DNA of 64,000 nt from Squalus acanthias. Its lineage: Eukaryota. The translations under genes were made by a program, and so were the position numbers. Each line of letters starts with the position of its first letter. Within the stretch, counting starts at the first letter, position 1. The notes below the pieces were generated by a model. The model worked only from the letters and a program-made list of their open reading frames with translations, had not been told where the DNA came from and made no database searches. Below are positions 12,011 through 25,339 of this stretch, piece by piece. Location: the NCBI GenBank assembly GCA_030390025.1, contig CM059432.1, forward strand, positions 22,508,001-22,572,000. The letters run 5' to 3'.

Positions 12011-12797
12011 ATTGATGTGAAATGTGTTATTGCCACTTAGGGGTGTAGGAGGGGGGTGAAAGGAACTAATAAACATCACATTAATTGCTTTAGCTGCAGA
12101 TCTATTCCTTGATTCCAATACTGCAGTGTAAAAAAAACAATTCTTATCTCCAACCTTACTTAAGGTTTTTTTTTTTTAAATGTAGTACTCATGGTCCAAG
12201 TTTAATAATCTGTTGACATACGTGTTACTTGTGCCTCTCATCATTTTAAAGTCCTGAATCTTGGCCCCTCTCAATCTTTCTTCACAAGGTGAAAACAAGT
12301 TGAGTCCTGTAAGCCTGTTTTCAGAGTCCTATTATTGTGAATGATGGCATCTAATTAGTGCAATGCATATTCTAGGAGGAAATAATTGACTATTAATTGT
12401 GGCTGCTACTTTGCAATAATTAGAGAAGTGCTGCAAATTATAGGTGAAACGGATAATAAATTAGTGTAATTTTGATCTTAAATTTTCCTCTTGAATTTTT
12501 CACCCTTTCCATAAGGCCACAAGCACTCATCACTTACACATGAGTGTCTACAGTCTAACGGGCCACAAAGCCCTTGTTAGGAAGTGTATTTTTATAATAT
12601 TACAGACAAAGGCTGAAGCCCTGTGCCTGTATACCAACAATAAATTTGCACGCAGTCAAACACTTGAAGGTTTATTAAGGGTTAAATCAACCTGAACATA
12701 CTTACGGTCAACACCCAGATCATATCGGTTGCGGAAGATTACAGCTCAACCCTCCAGATAGCTTCTTCCTTTATCTTCCAACTCACAGTACTATGGC

Positions 12798-14980
12798 AAA
12801 AGCAAAATATCGTGGAGGCTGGAAACCTGAAATAAATAACTACAGAAAATGCTGGAAATACTCAGCAGGGTCAGGCAGCATCTGTAGAGAGAGAAACAAA
12901 GTTAACGTTTCAGGTCAATGACCCTTCATCAGAACTGGAAAAAATGAGGGATGTAACAGATTTTTAAGCAAGTGTAGGGGCAGGGAAAGGACTAAAGGGA
13001 AGGTTTGCGATAGGATGGAAGGCAGGAAAGATTAAAAGGCAAAAGGGATGATGGTGCAAGGCAAAAGGAAATGGTAATGGGACAAGTTAAGAAACAAAGG
13101 ATGACACTAGATGAGGTGTAAATGGCAATGGCAGAATCACCAGCAGCTGCCATGTGAGATTAGGGGCAGAGGTTATGGTCTGAAATTGTTGAACTCGATG
13201 TTGAGTCCAGAAGGCTGTAAAGTGCCTAATCGAAAGATGAGGTGCTGTTCCTCGAGCTTACGTTGAGCTTCATTGGAACAGTGTAAGAGGCCGAGGATGG
13301 AGAGATCAGAGTGGGAGTGGAGCAGAGAATTAAAGTGACAGGCGACCGGAAGCTCGGGGTCACGCTTATGGACTGAACGGAGGTGTTCTGCAAATCGGTC
13401 AACCAATCTGCGTTTGGCCTCCCCAATGTAAAGGAGACCGCATCGTGAGCAGCGATTACAGTATACTAAATTGCAAGAAGTACAAGTAAATCGCTGTTTC
13501 ACCTGGAAGGAGTGTTTGGGGCCCTGGATAGTGGATGAGGTAAAAGAGCAGGTGTTGCATCCCCTGCGCTTGCACGGGAAGGTGCTTTGGGAAGGGGAGT
13601 TAGTGGTGATAGAGGAGTGAACCAGGGTGTCGCAGAGGGAGCGGTCCCTTGAAATGCTGAAAGGGGAGGGGAGGGGAAGATGTGTTTGGTGGTGGGATCA
13701 CGCTGGAGGTGGCGGAAATGGCATGGATGATCCGTTGAATGTGGACTCTGGTGGGGTGAAAGGTGAGGACAATGGGAAACCTATAATGGTTCTGGGAGGG
13801 AGGGGAAGGGGTGAGAGCAGAAGTGCAGGAAATAGAATGGACACAGTCAAGGGCTGTGTCAACCACAGTAGAGGGGAATCCTCGGTTGAGGAAAAAGGAA
13901 GACACATCATAAGCACTAGTATGGAAGGTGGCATCGTCAGAGCAGATGCAGCGGAGATGGAGAAACTGGGAGAATGGAATAGAATCCTTTCAGGAAGCGA
14001 GGTGGGAGGAAGTGTAGTCCAGGTAACTGTGGGAGTCAGTGGGTTTATAGTGAATGTTTGTCAATACCCTATCCCCAGAAATGGAGACAGAGAAGTCGAG
14101 GAAGAGAAGGGAAGAGTCGGAGATGGAAATGTGAAGGTGAGGGAAGGGTGGAAATTAGAAGCAAAGTGAATGAAATTTTCTAGTTCAGGGCGAGAGCAGG
14201 AAACGGCACCAATACAGTCATCAATGTACCAGAAAAAGAGGTGAGGGAGGGGACCTGAGTAGTATTGGAACAAAGAATGTTCCACATACCCCACGAAAAG
14301 GTAGGCTTATCTAGGACCCATGCGGGTTCCCATAACAACACCTTTAATTTGGAGGAAGTGAGTGGAGTCAAAGGAGAAGTTGTTCAATGTGAGAACAAGT
14401 TCAGCCAGGTGGAGGAGGGTGGTGGTGGATGGGGACTGGTTGGGCCTCTGTTCAAGGCCATCCTGGTGGGGGATGGAGGTGTAGAGAGATTGGACATCCA
14501 TAGTGAAAAGGAGACGGTTGGGGGCCAGGAAACTGGAAACTGTTAAAGCGGCGGAGGGCGTCAGAAGAGTCGTGGATGTAGGTAGGAAGAGACTGGACAA
14601 GGGGAGAGAAAATAGAGTTGAGATAGGAAGAGATAACTTCCCAGGGGCAAGAACAGGCTGAAACGATGGGTCTACCAGGGCAGTCCTGTTTGTGGATCTT
14701 GGGAAGGAGGTAGAAGCGGGCTGTGCGGGGTTGGGGAACCATGAGGTTGGCAGCTGTGGAGGTAAGATCTCCAGAGGAGATGAGGTCAGTGACAGCCTTG
14801 GAAATGATGGCTTGATGTACGGTAGTGGGGTCATGGTCCAGGGGGAGGTAGGAGGAGGTGTCAGAGAGTTAGCATTCAGCCTCCGCTAGGTAGAAGTCGG
14901 TTCGCCAAACAACAACAGCACCACCCTTGTCAGCAGGATTAATGACAATGTTGGGGCTGGATCTGAGAGAACGGAGTGCT
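12798..14980 (-). mobile_element. Penelope-like retroelement (RT plus GIY-YIG endonuclease, 3' pLTR), 5'-truncated and frameshifted
   Basis: RT motifs ARFYLLPKIHK..PGRPIVS, TMDVQSLYTSIPH, GVVMGTRMGP and YIDD. GIY-YIG domain NLVYCNRCSRCGLLYIGEAKRRLVDRFAEH...GLN at 13173-13502. pLTR at about 12798-12945. Confidence 0.95.
12900..12936 (-). ncRNA. Minimal type-I hammerhead ribozyme motif in the Penelope pLTR
   Basis: Minus strand reads agtt-CTGATGA-agggtcattgacct-GAAA-cg-TT-aact: core boxes, stem I agtt/aact, stem II ggtc/gacc, palindromic AACGTT stem III and a GUU triplet. Confidence 0.75.
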
Positions 14981-15404
14981 GACAAACATTCACTATGCCC
15001 AGGGTTGGTGGGGCTCCTATCACCACATTTGAGATTAACAGAATGGGAATTGAACCTGGGACCTTCCTACTCTGCATGACTCAGTTACTCCCTGGATAAA
15101 CCTACAAGAGCCCTGCCATATTTGAGTCTAACATAACTTTACTTCTGCTAAAGCTCTTTCTAGCTCACCAACATTGTCCGTCAAGCTCTTGGTTCCATCT
15201 AATGATTCTTCATTTCCATCCGTTGCCAGTCTTTACAGCACATTATAAATAACTGTGTTCTTTCCACTTAATCTGATCTGGTTGATAACTTTTCTAATCA
15301 CTCACATTTTTTATCCTCATCTTCATCGAATCAGAAGGCCAGTAATGACTGTTTGCAATTGCCTTACCTGATCATTCAGAATTAATTGAAGAGTAGAGAA
15401 TTGT

Positions 15405-15762
15405 ATATCCAAGTTTGTGAATGACACTAAGTTAGGAGGCACAGTAAGTTGTGTGGATGGAAGTTACAAAGGGTCTTGATCAGACCCCATTCGGAGTTTT
15501 AGACACTGAACCTCAGGAAAAATATATTGGCATTGGAAGGGGAACAGCGCAGATTCACCAGAATAATACAGGAGCTTAAAGGGTTAAATTATGAGAACAG
15601 GTTGCATAAACTTGGCTTGTATTCCCTTGAATCTAGAAGGTTGATAGGTGATCTAATTGAAGTATTTAAAATCATGAAGGGATTCGAAAGGGTAGATACA
15701 GAGGGAATCCAGAACAAGAGGGCATAATCTTAGGTCTGAAATCAGGAAGCACTTTTTCATAC
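15405..15762 (+). mobile_element. CR1 fragment with internal deletions
   Basis: ORF 15527-15727 LEGEQRRFTRII...LGLYSLESRRLIGDLIEVFKIMKG. Confidence 0.85.
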
Positions 15763-17490
15763 AAACCAGCTCTGGAGGAGGTCTCGCTACATTGCAAACA
15801 CTAACATCTACAGACAAGGTGGTCATTGATATCCTAGAAGACACACAGCAGTCAGCATCAGAGATGGCAAGGCTGGATGCCTGGCATAGCAAGGTGCGAT
15901 GGCATCTTCCCTTCCTACTTAATACTTTCAGTGACGCATTCACACAGCCACACAATGAGCATGGCAACCTAACGGTGCATTGCCCATCTACTCATCTGCT
16001 ACTGCTTACTCTTGCCACTACATGCCAACCCTTGTCTCTCTCTCCCCTTTTTCTAGGTCAGTCAGACAACTCAGTCATTGTACCAGACAGTCTGATGAGG
16101 AAAATCTTGATGACAATACACTATCATTCTGCCTTACCCTGCCAAGCACCAGCACAGACATTTGTGTCCTGTGTGACTTAAATAGTGACTTTGAGGAGAC
16201 TGCACTGGGGGATTCATTGAGCACAAGTGAGCAGCAGCAGGTGGTGATGTCAAGGAAGGACAAGGTAAGAGCTAACCGGAGGGCCAGCTCACCTCCTAGC
16301 TCTGCTGAAGATAAGAGAGAGACGCAGGCTACAAGGGCCTTAAAATAAAGATGTCAGTGCACCATATATTGCTGAATGCAGTGGTTTGCCTGCCAGGGAG
16401 TTTCCTGAAGCTGCTGGATTGTATGGTGGAGTCCACTACCAACTTGAGTGGGGTTCTCACACATGGGATCAACACTTTACAGTCAACCATGGAGCATGTG
16501 GTCACCTCAATGGCAATTGCAGCTGATTCTCCCCCCCCCCACCCCCGGCCCCCCCGGTAGGTTCTGTAACACCAGTAATAGCATCTCTCAGGGATGCCCA
16601 TCCTGCGCTAATGCAGGCTCTGGGCTCAACCAACTCCTCCGCCTTGAACAGGCTGAGAGAGCACATGTATAGGGGCTTCACTAGGATCACGGATTTCCTA
16701 GAGTCTGCTCTCCCGCAGATCAGCAAGAGTGCTGAGCCGCAACCTGGTAGTCGGGTCGGTTGTGCATTGGAAATGGAACATGATGCCATCGATCATGGTG
16801 ACAACGCTTCTGTACCATCATGACTTCCTGGTGCCAGCTGGACCAGACCATCCGGCAGACGCTAAGTTGTTACAATCGGCAACTTGGCCTTCTCAGGCCG
16901 CAGTCCTGAAGGTCACTAACCATGAGTGTCTCATGGCCCCCTTGAAAGAACCGTAGCCGCCTCCCTCCTCCCAAGTTGTTCGTAGAAGCACTAGAGTAGA
17001 TAAAAGTGCATTTCAGACAGGCACTAGGAGCTCACACCAGGGTGAGAAATATTTTGCAGGTCTTTCTGTAAGCCAGTAAAACCACAATGCTATTTGAAAT
17101 CTTCATGTGCAGAATGTGTTCCTGTAGCATCTGGTGATCTTGCGATGTTGGTTGAGATGAATATCAATTTTGGTATTTTGGCAGAAGCTGTTTATTGTAG
17201 GGTCGAAGGAGTGGGACATATGGTGGATATGCAGGGGAGTATGTTCAGCTGAAGTTTTCTTCAATGAACTGCTGCCAAAGAGCTCCGGCTGCATGAAACT
17301 ATTGGACCTCACACTTCTTCCTTACCATTCTCCACGTCATCCTTATCATGCTGAAGATTCTCCTCCAATGGTGGTTCTCCTGGTGCAAAGCAACATTATG
17401 CATCATACAGCAAAACCACATGCAAACAGGACACTCTTTCAGGGCTGTATTGTAGGAAACGACCAGACCTATCCAAACATCGAAATCATT

Positions 17491-18110
17491 GGCCCCGATA
17501 TTTACAGAAAGGTGGAGAGGGAGCAGGGACATGTATTTGCGGCTGGAAAACCTGGAAATGCTGGGAATGTGGAGGTCCTGCCAAATTTAAGCATTTTTTT
17601 TTTACTCTGTTTCCCATCCTGCAGCTGGCCAGATTGAGAGGCTGGCCGGCTGCTGTACGGGAAAGCCAGTGGTAGGAGGCTACAGCCGGGAACCGTTGGA
17701 GATAGTCCCCGGCAATCGGCAAAGATCGGGGCATGGTGGGGGTGCTCGGAGCACAGCAGCGAGGAGAGAGAGAGGGAGGGAGAGATCACGGGAAGGGAGA
17801 GATTGCGGGGAGGGCAGAGAACCCGGCAGAGCATTTGCTTGGGGGGCCGGAGGGAAGCAATCCTGCTCCTCCTGGCCCACAAGCAGTGCAGGAAAAGCAT
17901 TACTTGCTGTATCTAACAGCTCCCGCCTCCCTTTAGCTCCCTGGTTTCCCAAGCCTTGGGAAAACCAACCCGCAGCCATTAAATTCAAATGGTTCCCAAA
18001 AGCTAAAGAACGGAGCCTCACTGAAATATTATGATGATGGACCCACCTCTCCAGAGCGGGTTACTCAGATGCCTTCAAACCCGCCGCGTTTAAATCGGAA
18101 GTAGGCACGT
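17491..18110. mobile_element. Harbinger-type MITE, right end missing
   Basis: Starts att|ggccccgatattta inside the transposase remnant; GC-rich body; no matching right TIR found. Confidence 0.5.
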
Positions 18111-18815
18111 TCATGCACTACTGTACAGAGAACTACAAGTATATTGTTCTGGGCCTATAATCTCTGTTGGGAGGGTAAACATTCTTCTGAGCACGCCTCC
18201 TTCTATTTGCTTTCCCTGCAGCTAGAGCTCTATTTGTACCTTCCTCCTGCTGCTTCTCTTCCTCCTCCTCCTCCAGAGTGGGATTCCGAGGCAGATCAAG
18301 AAACGACTGCAACGCCAGAAGCCCCTTAACAGGTCAGGACCAAAAAATAGCAACTATAAGTACTTTCAAATCATTTAAGGTCAAAAAGCCCACAAGCTAC
18401 TGCAAGAAAAATGTCTCCATAAGTTCTACATAACTTTACCAAAAGCTCTATATAGCTGCCGATCCCTTTCAATAGCATTTGAAATGGTTGCTTCAGGATT
18501 TGTACTGCCCATGGTTGGTGGGTGGGAACAGAAAGTGGCATTAGTCAGGTGTGTAAGATCCTCAAAATTCACAGATCCCCCAAAGCTAGAAGAAAACCCT
18601 AAGGAAAATGACTTTGGACTCTTTCTAACAAGCTTCAGGATGATAAAACACGCATTGGGCCTAACAGAGGGAGATTCAAGGTCGGAAACCAAGATTTGGC
18701 ATTTTTAAAAGGTATGTTGGGCCTGTAAAGGGAGAAAAGGCTGCAACAGGGAATGGGATCAACCTCTGCAAAGACAGTTTGGGTATTGGAATAAATCAAA
18801 TTGTCTGGGGAACTG

Positions 18816-19955
18816 TGTAACCTCGCTCAGCCCCTATCAGACATTAACATCCTAACAATCGACCCACTGAGGAGCAGTCCCCACCCAAAACACAGGACCC
18901 ATCCAAAACATGCATAATGCAAATCACCTCGCCAACCTACATAGAAATCTCGGGCTCAGACAGGAGACTCGAAACCTTATTATAGCTATGACAATTAACT
19001 AGGAGCTCAACAGCTCATTGAATAATCAGTACAGCATCCCGAAACCATTTTACACATTTCTAATCAAGTTACCATTAACGAGCCCGCCCAAATCAAACAA
19101 TAAACCGGGACTGATTTGGCACGCAGATTAGAAGGCCCCTCAAAGTATAATTGAAGGCCTGTTTTCTCAAGAAGTCAGTTCTCTCTAGAAGAAACCGGAG
19201 CATCGAGACGGGGCAGCATTCTACCGTACACCCAAGTTCAACAGCTTCAGTGACCCAGGACATCATCGGACACATTGCGGCAACAAGAGCCTCACAAAAC
19301 TACCAACAAAATATTACCACCAACCAACCTGGTAATATCGAGCCATCGCGACCAAAGAAAAACAACTCAGGAGAAAACCGAAGATTCGAAAGTTTTCCAC
19401 TCTACAATCTATTCCTGAATTACCCCCGGGTAAGATTTTCACTTAAAAGGAACTCTAAACCCTATCTCTACAGAAGGAAAGTGGGTACTCACCCCATAAA
19501 TCCAAAACGCACCCTACCGCATCAGCGACTCGCGAAGACTGACCAGCAGTCGAAGTCTTCTACCGCGTCCGGGGTACGGCAGACACCGACCAACACATCC
19601 AGCGAACCCCGAAACCGTGAACCAGCTCAACTGTCAAGGATTCGTTTGGTGAGCATTATCCTGGTCCTCTAGAGTTCAACTTAGCTCGGAAGTGGGATCG
19701 GGAGGGGTGAGGTATTCTCTACTGTATTTCCCTCGTATGTATTAAAATGTTCCCCATTTTTATTAGAGTATAAGATTGTTGTGTTGTATTTTCTTTCTTG
19801 AATAAAGATCAAAGTTTCTTGCACCAAAACCAGTTGTCTGCTGCACTTGTGTCACAACCCCCCAAATAAGCCCAAGGTCTAGAATCAAGGGAGTGGGAGC
19901 GATTCGAACCGCTCAGAAGTCAGTGGTGAGGCTGACCCACACACCACCCCCTACA
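18816..19955 (+). mobile_element. Solo LTR (~1.14 kb)
   Basis: TGTA...TACA termini, TATA-like tataat at ~19146 and AATAAA at 19801. The TSD is only partial (actg/ggtg). Confidence 0.62.
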
Positions 19956-20194
19956 GGTGTAATGTCGGAAACTGGCTTTGGTGTCGACGTTGTAATGGCA
20001 TAATTTGACCCCGATTTTCATATATTCATGAGGCTTCCACCTGTTTCAGATGGGTGATCTGGTGGCCAGGATTAATGACCTTTAAAGAACCAAGTCAGTG
20101 GCAAATGGGTGGGAGGAACAGGCACTTTATTTTCTGCCTGCTGCCACCTCATTTTTAAGTGCAAATGGGGCGGTAAGGAAAAAACAATCACCCT

Positions 20195-20465
20195 TTTGCC
20201 TGTCTATATGTAAAAGATCCCATGGCACTATTTGAAGGAAAGCAGGGAGTTGTCCCGGTGTCCTGGCCAATATGTATCCGTCAACCAATATTACTAAAAC
20301 AGATTATTTGGTCATTATCTCTTTGCTGTTTGTGAGATCTTGCTGTGCACACATTGGCTGCCGTGTTTCCTACATTACAACAGTGACTACACTTCAAAAG
20401 TACTTCATTGGATGTCCTGAGATCATGAAAGGTGCTATATAAATGCAAAAGTCTTTGTTTTCTTC
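20195..20465 (+). mobile_element. DeuSINE 3' half
   Basis: gtaaaagatcccatggcactatttgaagg...ccggtgtcctggccaatat...gctatataaatgcaa. Confidence 0.85.
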
Positions 20466-21229
20466 TCCTTACCCCATTAATATTTAGGAATTATGGGCTA
20501 GATTTTCTGCGTCGGGCACACATATCGGGAACCGGTGAGCAAAGGTTAAGATTCTGCCCGTGAATTTAATAAATGGGAGGAAAATTATATGGGGCATGCT
20601 GACCTCCATCTGCAAACTCTTGGCATGAACTCCCTTCACACGAATCTCTACGCTGGGAGCGTTCATTTGTAAAATCTACTACATGAAGTAATAGAAATCT
20701 GAGTTTCCAAACAACTTTTCTTACACATCTGATCCAAGTAGACAATGTTCAAAGTCATTTGATTATTAATAGCAAAAATTAAGGAAGGTTTCCACTCATT
20801 AACAATTTACAGCTCACAGTGTGAAATTGATTGTGACATCCTATGATACAACAGTTTGAAGAAGTTCAGACTTAGACTTACATCATGACAGCATCTGGTT
20901 TAGCAACAGGAATTGCTGTGAACTGATGTCAGGATCATCTGGCTTAGCAGTGAGACCGTGACAGTTACATCAGGCACACACAGGGAATTAAATACAATAG
21001 TACTAATCATAAGTTGAAGGCAGTAGGACTGGCTATTAGGCTTTTCTTGAGTTCAACAATACCTCTTAATCCTAGAGTTAACGTCACAGATAGCAAGTCA
21101 CTCCCTTCTTTTTTATTATTGAAGAATCAGGGGAAAGGCCAAGGCACAAATTGCAAGACTCCACCAAGGTTGAGAAGAGTAGTGGATAAATAAATCAGAT
21201 TCGATAATTCAGGAACTAGCAACAAGATG

Positions 21230-21390
21230 AAACCAAGCCTATATAGTGCCATGCCATATGAAAAGCAAGTCCAAGGTGCTTCATAGAGGCGTAAGGATAA
21301 AATGGATGCTGAACAAAAGAAGGTAATTTTAGGAAGGGTGACTAAAAGCTTGCTCAAAGAAGTAGATTTTAAAAAGGGTATTAAAGGAGG
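21230..21390 (-). mobile_element. L2 3' end fragment
   Basis: Minus strand ASFNTLFKIYFFEQAF followed by a ..gaagcaccttgg..gcactatata tail. Confidence 0.65.
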
Positions 21391-21844
21391 CGACATGTGC
21401 ATCCGCTGGCTTCCTTTTGCTCTGTATCTCACCACATATCAATTCATCCTCTAAACTGTTTGTACCCCCTTGAGTGGGTGTCGGAGTGCAAGGAGCAGGG
21501 GAATAATGGCGTGGGTTAGTAGTCTCCAGTGTTGCTAGAGGTAAAGGGCTTTGCAAAGTCTTGCTCTCCAGCAATGTTCTCTGCTGTCAGCAGGCTTACA
21601 GACTGTAGAGGGAAATAATGCACAGTACTGTTAACTTTGCTGTGCTTGAGCAGTATTCAATCTTAATCAGCTGCTTTCTAGATTTCTCAGGAGGACATCG
21701 GTAGCTAGTGTATAAGAAGAAAAGGTATAATTTCTCCTGAACACACTGAAAGTACAGGGTCTTCCATATCTCCACTGCCAGGCCAGAGTGGAAGCCATTT
21801 ATGTCTAAATCTTTTATGTTAATTTTCCAATTAGGATGATTGTG

Positions 21845-22095
21845 TCACCAACGAGTTAGCAAGTGACCCATATTTAAAGGGGCACAACCAATAAACTGTA
21901 AATTATAAAATATTTAAAGGAAACTTACCAAATGAAAGTAAAATTTGGTTTCAGGGGTCGATGATGCACTCCAGAACCTCTGGTGCCCACCGGTCGCAGA
22001 AGTCCTCAAGCATATTGCCGGACACCGCGTGCTCCCTCTCCAGGGTCACCCGGACGCAAACATGACCGTGGAACAGAGACAGGCAATCGGGTCAA
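21845..22095 (-). mobile_element. Tx1/L1-clade LINE 3' end fragment
   Basis: Minus strand PDCLSLFHGHVCVRVTLEREHAVSGNMLEDFCDRWAPEVLECIIDP, resembling Tx1-type ORF2 C-termini. Confidence 0.62.
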
Positions 22096-22194
22096 ACGAC
22101 TCCCTCAACTGCGTGCTGCCTCCAATTATGTCTAATGTTTTTAATATCCTATCCAGAAGACCAAAAGGTGCCAGAAGAGCCTCAACGTATATCA

Positions 22195-22620
22195 AAAGAA
22201 AGAACTTGCATTTTTATAGCGCCTTTTACGACCTCAGGGCATCCCAAAGTGCTTTACAGCCAATGAAGTACTTTTGAAATGTAGTCACTGTTGTAATGTA
22301 GGAAATGCAGCAGCCAATTTGCGCACAGCACAGTCCCTCAAACAGCAATGTGATAATGACCAGATCATCTGTTTTAGTGATGTTGGTTGAGGGATAAATA
22401 TTGGCCAGGACACCAGCAAGTACTTCCCTGCTCTTCTTCGAATAGTGTCATGGGATCTTTTACGTCCTGAGAAGGGTTAACGTCTCATCTGAAAGATGGC
22501 ACCTCCCTCTGTGCAGCACTCCCTCAGCACTGCACTGGAGTGTCAGCTGTGCCTGGAGTGGGGCTTGACCCCACAACCTTCTGATGCCGAGCCCAGGTGC
22601 TATCACTGAGTCATGGCTAC
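22195..22620 (-). mobile_element. Near full-length DeuSINE (tRNA-derived head, Deu domain, L2-type tail)
   Basis: Head tgactcagtgatagc...gggtcaagccccactcc (A/B boxes), Deu domain and tail gcgctataaaaatgcaagttc. Confidence 0.88.
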
Positions 22621-25339
22621 CACTGTTAGCAGTAATCAAGTCACAGATGGATTTAAGATTTATGGATTATATTATAACATATTTTGAGTAGAGACTTTTT
22701 TTTATGCATCTAGCCATAAGTGAGTCAAGATGTATATGAAATATTCACGGCTGGGCTTAAATATATATGCCTCCTTCCAGTTAACTGTCTCAAGCACCTA
22801 ATTCCTGACAGTCTTAAACTAGCTCTCAGTACCTTTTGCTTTATGAATCACCATGCCATCCTTTTTTCAATACCTCTGACTTCTTTTACCTTCTAATTAG
22901 AGAGCTACTTCCTAACTACTTTAAACACAACGTGATTCTTCTATTTATTATGTTCAGTATATTGTACTGACCCCTGATTTAGCATTTAATTGTCTCCCAT
23001 GAGAGGAAAGGTACAATAACAGACTTCAAGGTATGCTTCACTCTTTCTGTCAGTGGTTTCTTTAATGAGAAAGAGAAAGAAAGAGAGAGAGAGAAGTTGG
23101 CTGCATAAGTGGTGAGGTACTGAATGTTCAAATTACTTATCTTCACATTTCCGATGGGAGAGCTAACATTCCTATAAGGATTGAGGGTGACCAGGACAAC
23201 AACTGTGTCCTTGAACTAGCACTGTGAGATACAAGCACACAAACATGTATTCATTTGAAACTCCTCTTCTCCGCTATTTCAGCAGAAGCATTAACCTGTT
23301 TAAAATAAATTGCTTAAAGCATCCATTAAAAATAGCTGCGAGAGGGATTTCAGTCAAACAAGTTAAATATTCATACACTTATTATCCCACAGTGTAATTT
23401 CAAGGCCAATGTCTCTCATTAGTAACAGAGGGAGGCGACTTTGAGAAATTAGAATAAATAATGGTATATGCTTACCATAAAGTTGCACTGATAATTTTAT
23501 AAACGCTACATCAAGCACTGTTCCTTTTTTTTACTGCAACTCTAGCTAAAAATCTAATTTGCAAACCTCTCCTTATTTGCAAGCAGATTGTAGACTAATG
23601 AAAGATTAAGGAAGAACTATTTCTACATCTTAGACCTCATCAATCATTCATTTTTTGACCAAAATCATTCATTTGCATGGGGATAATTGATGAGCATGAA
23701 TACACTTGGTGAGCAGATTGATAATAAGGTGACGTTTAACTGGATAGAACCTTTTTAACTTACTTTACAGCAGTCTAACTCAAGGTCAAGCATCCCAGTT
23801 TACATCTTGACCAGTATTGGAAAAGAATATATCTGCTGCCTCTCTTACTTTGTAATCCCTTAAGGCCACAAGCCGACGCATTGTTTGCTGTATTGATTGA
23901 CCTCAATAATTACATCTGCTGTAATTGCCATTTTCACATTTTATGTAAAAAACAATTTACAAAAAACAAATAACATTGAAACCTGTTCACAGTACACTGC
24001 CTCTGCCTTTGGTTCACAGAGAACTCAGTAAGGTTTTTAGTCATAGACGCAGCCTTTACCATATATCACAACTATTGAGACAAGGGCCTGGCTCTCCTCT
24101 ACTGCGGTGCTGGACCGGAGCAGCACAGCTGACGTATGCTACATCTATGTAATCCTGGGAGTTCTAGTAGATCCTGTCCCAGGCCATTTAGACGGACAAG
24201 GGCAATCACAGTGGAGCTCAGTCCCCTGGCAAGACTTTACTTTGGCAAAATGGGGAGGAAACTCCTGGCCCCGAAGTATGAAGATATATGGCTTCTTAGT
24301 CCTGCTCCTCAACCCCTTAAAACCCTCTGATCTGAGGGGCTTCTAAATACAAGGCCAATGGCAGCTTTTCATGGTGCCCCTGAATCTAGGCACTCTGTGG
24401 CTGCAACTCCAGGAAAAAGAGCTGGGATTTGGGAGGGCAGAGTATCCGAGAGAGGAGAGATGAAAGGAGGCATGACGATAGGAGAGCGTGGTCAGGGAGG
24501 GATAGAGAGAAAAGGAAAAAGGGGGAGAAAAAGTGGAAAAATAAATTAATAGCTCGGGTCCAGAGCAGCAGCCAAAGTGCACACGCAAATGGACACAGGG
24601 AAAAGCTCAGGTTACATAGGCCTGGTTACGTTGTAATTAATGGGATACATATTTCATGGTAGCAGGGAATAGGTTGGAGACACTAGTAGGGAGACCAGGG
24701 TCAAAGTCAGTGATCCTCTAGAGGGACAAACCCAACGTAAGTAGGATGGAGCCGGCACGGAGCATCGATGAACCGCTGTACAAAGCAGGCGAGTGAAGTC
24801 CAGAAGCTATTTGAAGGGTAGAGAGTTCGAGGATGGAGGTTGTTGCCGCAGGAATGATAGTCGGTAGGGGTGAAGAAAGACGATGGCAAAATTAATACAA
24901 GTTGGAAGTCACCATAGATCAAAGCGGTGGAGAAAAAGTAAAACCACAAATCAGCGACCAGCAAAGCTGAAAACCAGTAGAACGAGTCATCGGACAGCAA
25001 GTGAAACAGCAGCTAGCTCAAAGCCAACAAAGCTGAAAAACCAGTAGAACCAGTTCAGCAGAGACACAAGCGCAGATTAAAAGTTATTTAAAAAAAAATC
25101 TTTTAGCTGCAGAGACACAGCAGGTAAGTCTTACAGTGTGGTCCAGTGTAGTCCAGTGCAGAAGTGTAGTGGTGTAATCCAGTATAGTTCAAAGCAGAAA
25201 TGTAGTCTAGATGTCCAAAGAAGTCAAGGAGATCAGAAATCAATTTGAGAAAATAATTCAGCAGATTAAAACTTGAAGCGACTGGAAAGCAGAGCAGAGT
25301 CACAGCAGCTGAGTCAAACAATGTAGTCAGTAGACTCTC

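Larger units (their letters stand above)
15766..20192. mobile_element. Decayed Harbinger transposon (Myb-gene 3' exons on +, transposase remnants on -) interrupted by a MITE and a solo LTR
   Basis: + strand SGGGLATLQTLTSTDKVVIDIL resembles the segment after the Myb domain. On - at ~17245-17485: DRSGRFLQYSPERVS..CCMMHNVA..QQFIEENFS* (HARBI1-like C-terminus). On - at ~18115-18310: EEEEEEKQQEE..RRRRAQKNVYPPNRDYRPRTIYL (N-terminus). Confidence 0.72.

Noticed and set aside
13627..14546. Gly/Glu/Val-rich plus-strand ORFs
   Set aside because: These are antisense frames of the Penelope RT.
19151..19672. 173-aa ORF
   Set aside because: It lies inside a probable solo LTR, has a non-ATG start and shows no gag/pol/env motif.
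21682..21724. Exon-like segment ttctag|...|gtataa
   Set aside because: 43 nt, stops in all frames, a weak donor and no other support.
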